Shown here: positions 18,723 to 20,000 of the stretch, piece after piece
Position numbering within the stretch: position 1 is the stretch's first letter
How the letters are laid out: each line of letters begins with the position of its first letter
Assembly (NCBI RefSeq): GCF_004010195.1
Contig: NC_057719.1
Location: 808,039-828,038 of the forward strand
Direction of reading: 5' to 3'
DNA length: 20,000 nt
From: Chiloscyllium plagiosum
Taxonomy: Eukaryota
Notes under the pieces: model-generated
Databases searched by the model: none
Seen by the model: only the letters and a program-made list of their open reading frames with translations
What the model was told of the DNA's origin: nothing
Program-made: the position numbers and the translations under genes

Positions 18723-18925
18723 CCCAGTACAAAGTTGTCAGGCTGAATGGCCTTGAACCATTCGGTTCATTCCACATAATTGGATGGGCTTTAATCCCTG
18801 GGAATATCCAACAGGGGGACCGCCCGCTCCTGGCTGAGGCTTGCTCCTGGAGCTGATGGAAGAGGACAGACAGATACCAGGCCCCTGTGAGGGCAGAGTG
18901 ACTGCCACTTCACAATACAGCCGCC

Positions 18926-19299
18926 TACACTAACACACTCACTCGCACACTCACACACACACTCACAAACTCACTCGCGCACACACACACAAACTCACTT
19001 GCGCACACACACACACTTACTCGCACTCTCACACACTCACTCGCACTCTCACACACACATACACTCACTCACACACAGACTCTCTCACACACACACACAC
19101 ACACACACTCACTCACTCGCGCGCACACTCACACACACACACTCGCACTCACATACACTCACACTCACTCGCACACACACACACACTCTCAATCTCGCAC
19201 ACTCGCACACACACTCAATCGCACACACACACTCAATCGCACACACACTCACTTGCACACACGCACACACACTCACTCGCACACACACACACTCACACA
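18926..19299. repeat. Imperfect (CA)n microsatellite with ctca and cgca interruptions
   Basis: Directly visible, ~370 bp. Confidence 0.97.
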
Positions 19300-19603
19300 A
19301 TCGGGTATCAACAGTACTGACATCAAAAGCAACTCTAAGTACCACAGAAAATGAAGCAAAAGCCCCCAGCAGTGCCTCTCCCCCACAGCCCCCCCTCCTT
19401 CAGTCAGTCCTGAGACTGCCCCTCCCTGGCCCCCGGGGTGGTTGGATGCTGAAGTAAAGTCTGAGAGCAGTGTGCTTCATGGCTTGGGAGGTGTCAAACA
19501 GCACGGACTGTGTCGCACACGTGTGTGCGTGTCTGTGTACATTTCAGATTGTGTCTGTGTAGGTGCACACAGGTGAGCGTGAGTTTGTCTGTGTTAGGTT
19601 AAG

Positions 19604-20000
19604 GGGATGTAGGCATTGCTGACTGGGCCCAGTATTTACTGCCCGTCCCTAGTTGCCCCTTGAGAAGGTGGGGGTGAGCTGCCTTCTTGAACCGCTGCAG
19701 TCCACGTGCTGTGGGTTGACCCACAATACCCTGAGGGAGGGAATTCCAGGATTCTGACCCAGTGACAGTGAAGGAACGGCGATATATTTCCTAGTCAGGA
19801 TGGTGGGTGGCTCGGAGGGAACTTGCAGGGGGTGGTGTTCCCATGTATCTGCTGCCCTTGTCCTTCTAGATGGAAGTGGCCGTGGGTTTGGAAGGTGCTG
19901 TCTGAGGGTCTTTGGTGAGTTTCTGCAGTGGGTCTTGTAGATGGTACACACTGCTGCTACTGAGTGTCGGTGGTGGAGGGAGGGGGTGTTTGTGGATGTG
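19604..20000 (-). mobile_element. LINE 3' end (same family as the 10595-13565 host), continues past the window
   Basis: CTIYKTHCRNSPKTLRQHLPNPRPLPSRRTRAADTWEHH and SWNSLP-type C-terminus; close similarity to 10595-10746 and 11655-11778. Confidence 0.9.

Noticed and set aside
18999..19457. His/Thr-rich and Cys/Val-rich ORFs
   Set aside because: Translations of the (CA)n microsatellite.

Overview
Eukaryotic, repeat-dominated genomic DNA, inferred to be from a cartilaginous fish (shark or ray) because it carries HE1-type tRNA-derived SINEs and HER1/CR1-type LINEs. There is a 500-N scaffold gap at 9630-10129. Most ORF-track entries are decayed retroelement fragments or stop-free tandem repeats, not genes. 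The window holds many CR1 fragments, including a 2.7 kb copy with esterase ORF1, AP-endonuclease and RT remnants. It also holds six HE1-like SINEs, other SINE and L2 relics, and a ~3 kb LINE carrying seven nested insertions. Five Penelope-like (PLE) fragments each carry a minimal hammerhead-ribozyme core (CTGAnGA-stem II-GAAA-CGTH); one has a canonical core sitting in the loop of a ~58 bp inverted repeat. Other features are two minisatellites, a (CA)-rich microsatellite and a promoter-like motif cluster at ~18.6-18.7 kb. In the unique DNA I find phase-compatible small candidate exons: the possible end of a + strand gene (1360-1667) and a possible minus-strand multi-exon gene (~7.1-18.6 kb). 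I could not identify either. Repeat family names come from recognition, not database searches, and boundaries are approximate.
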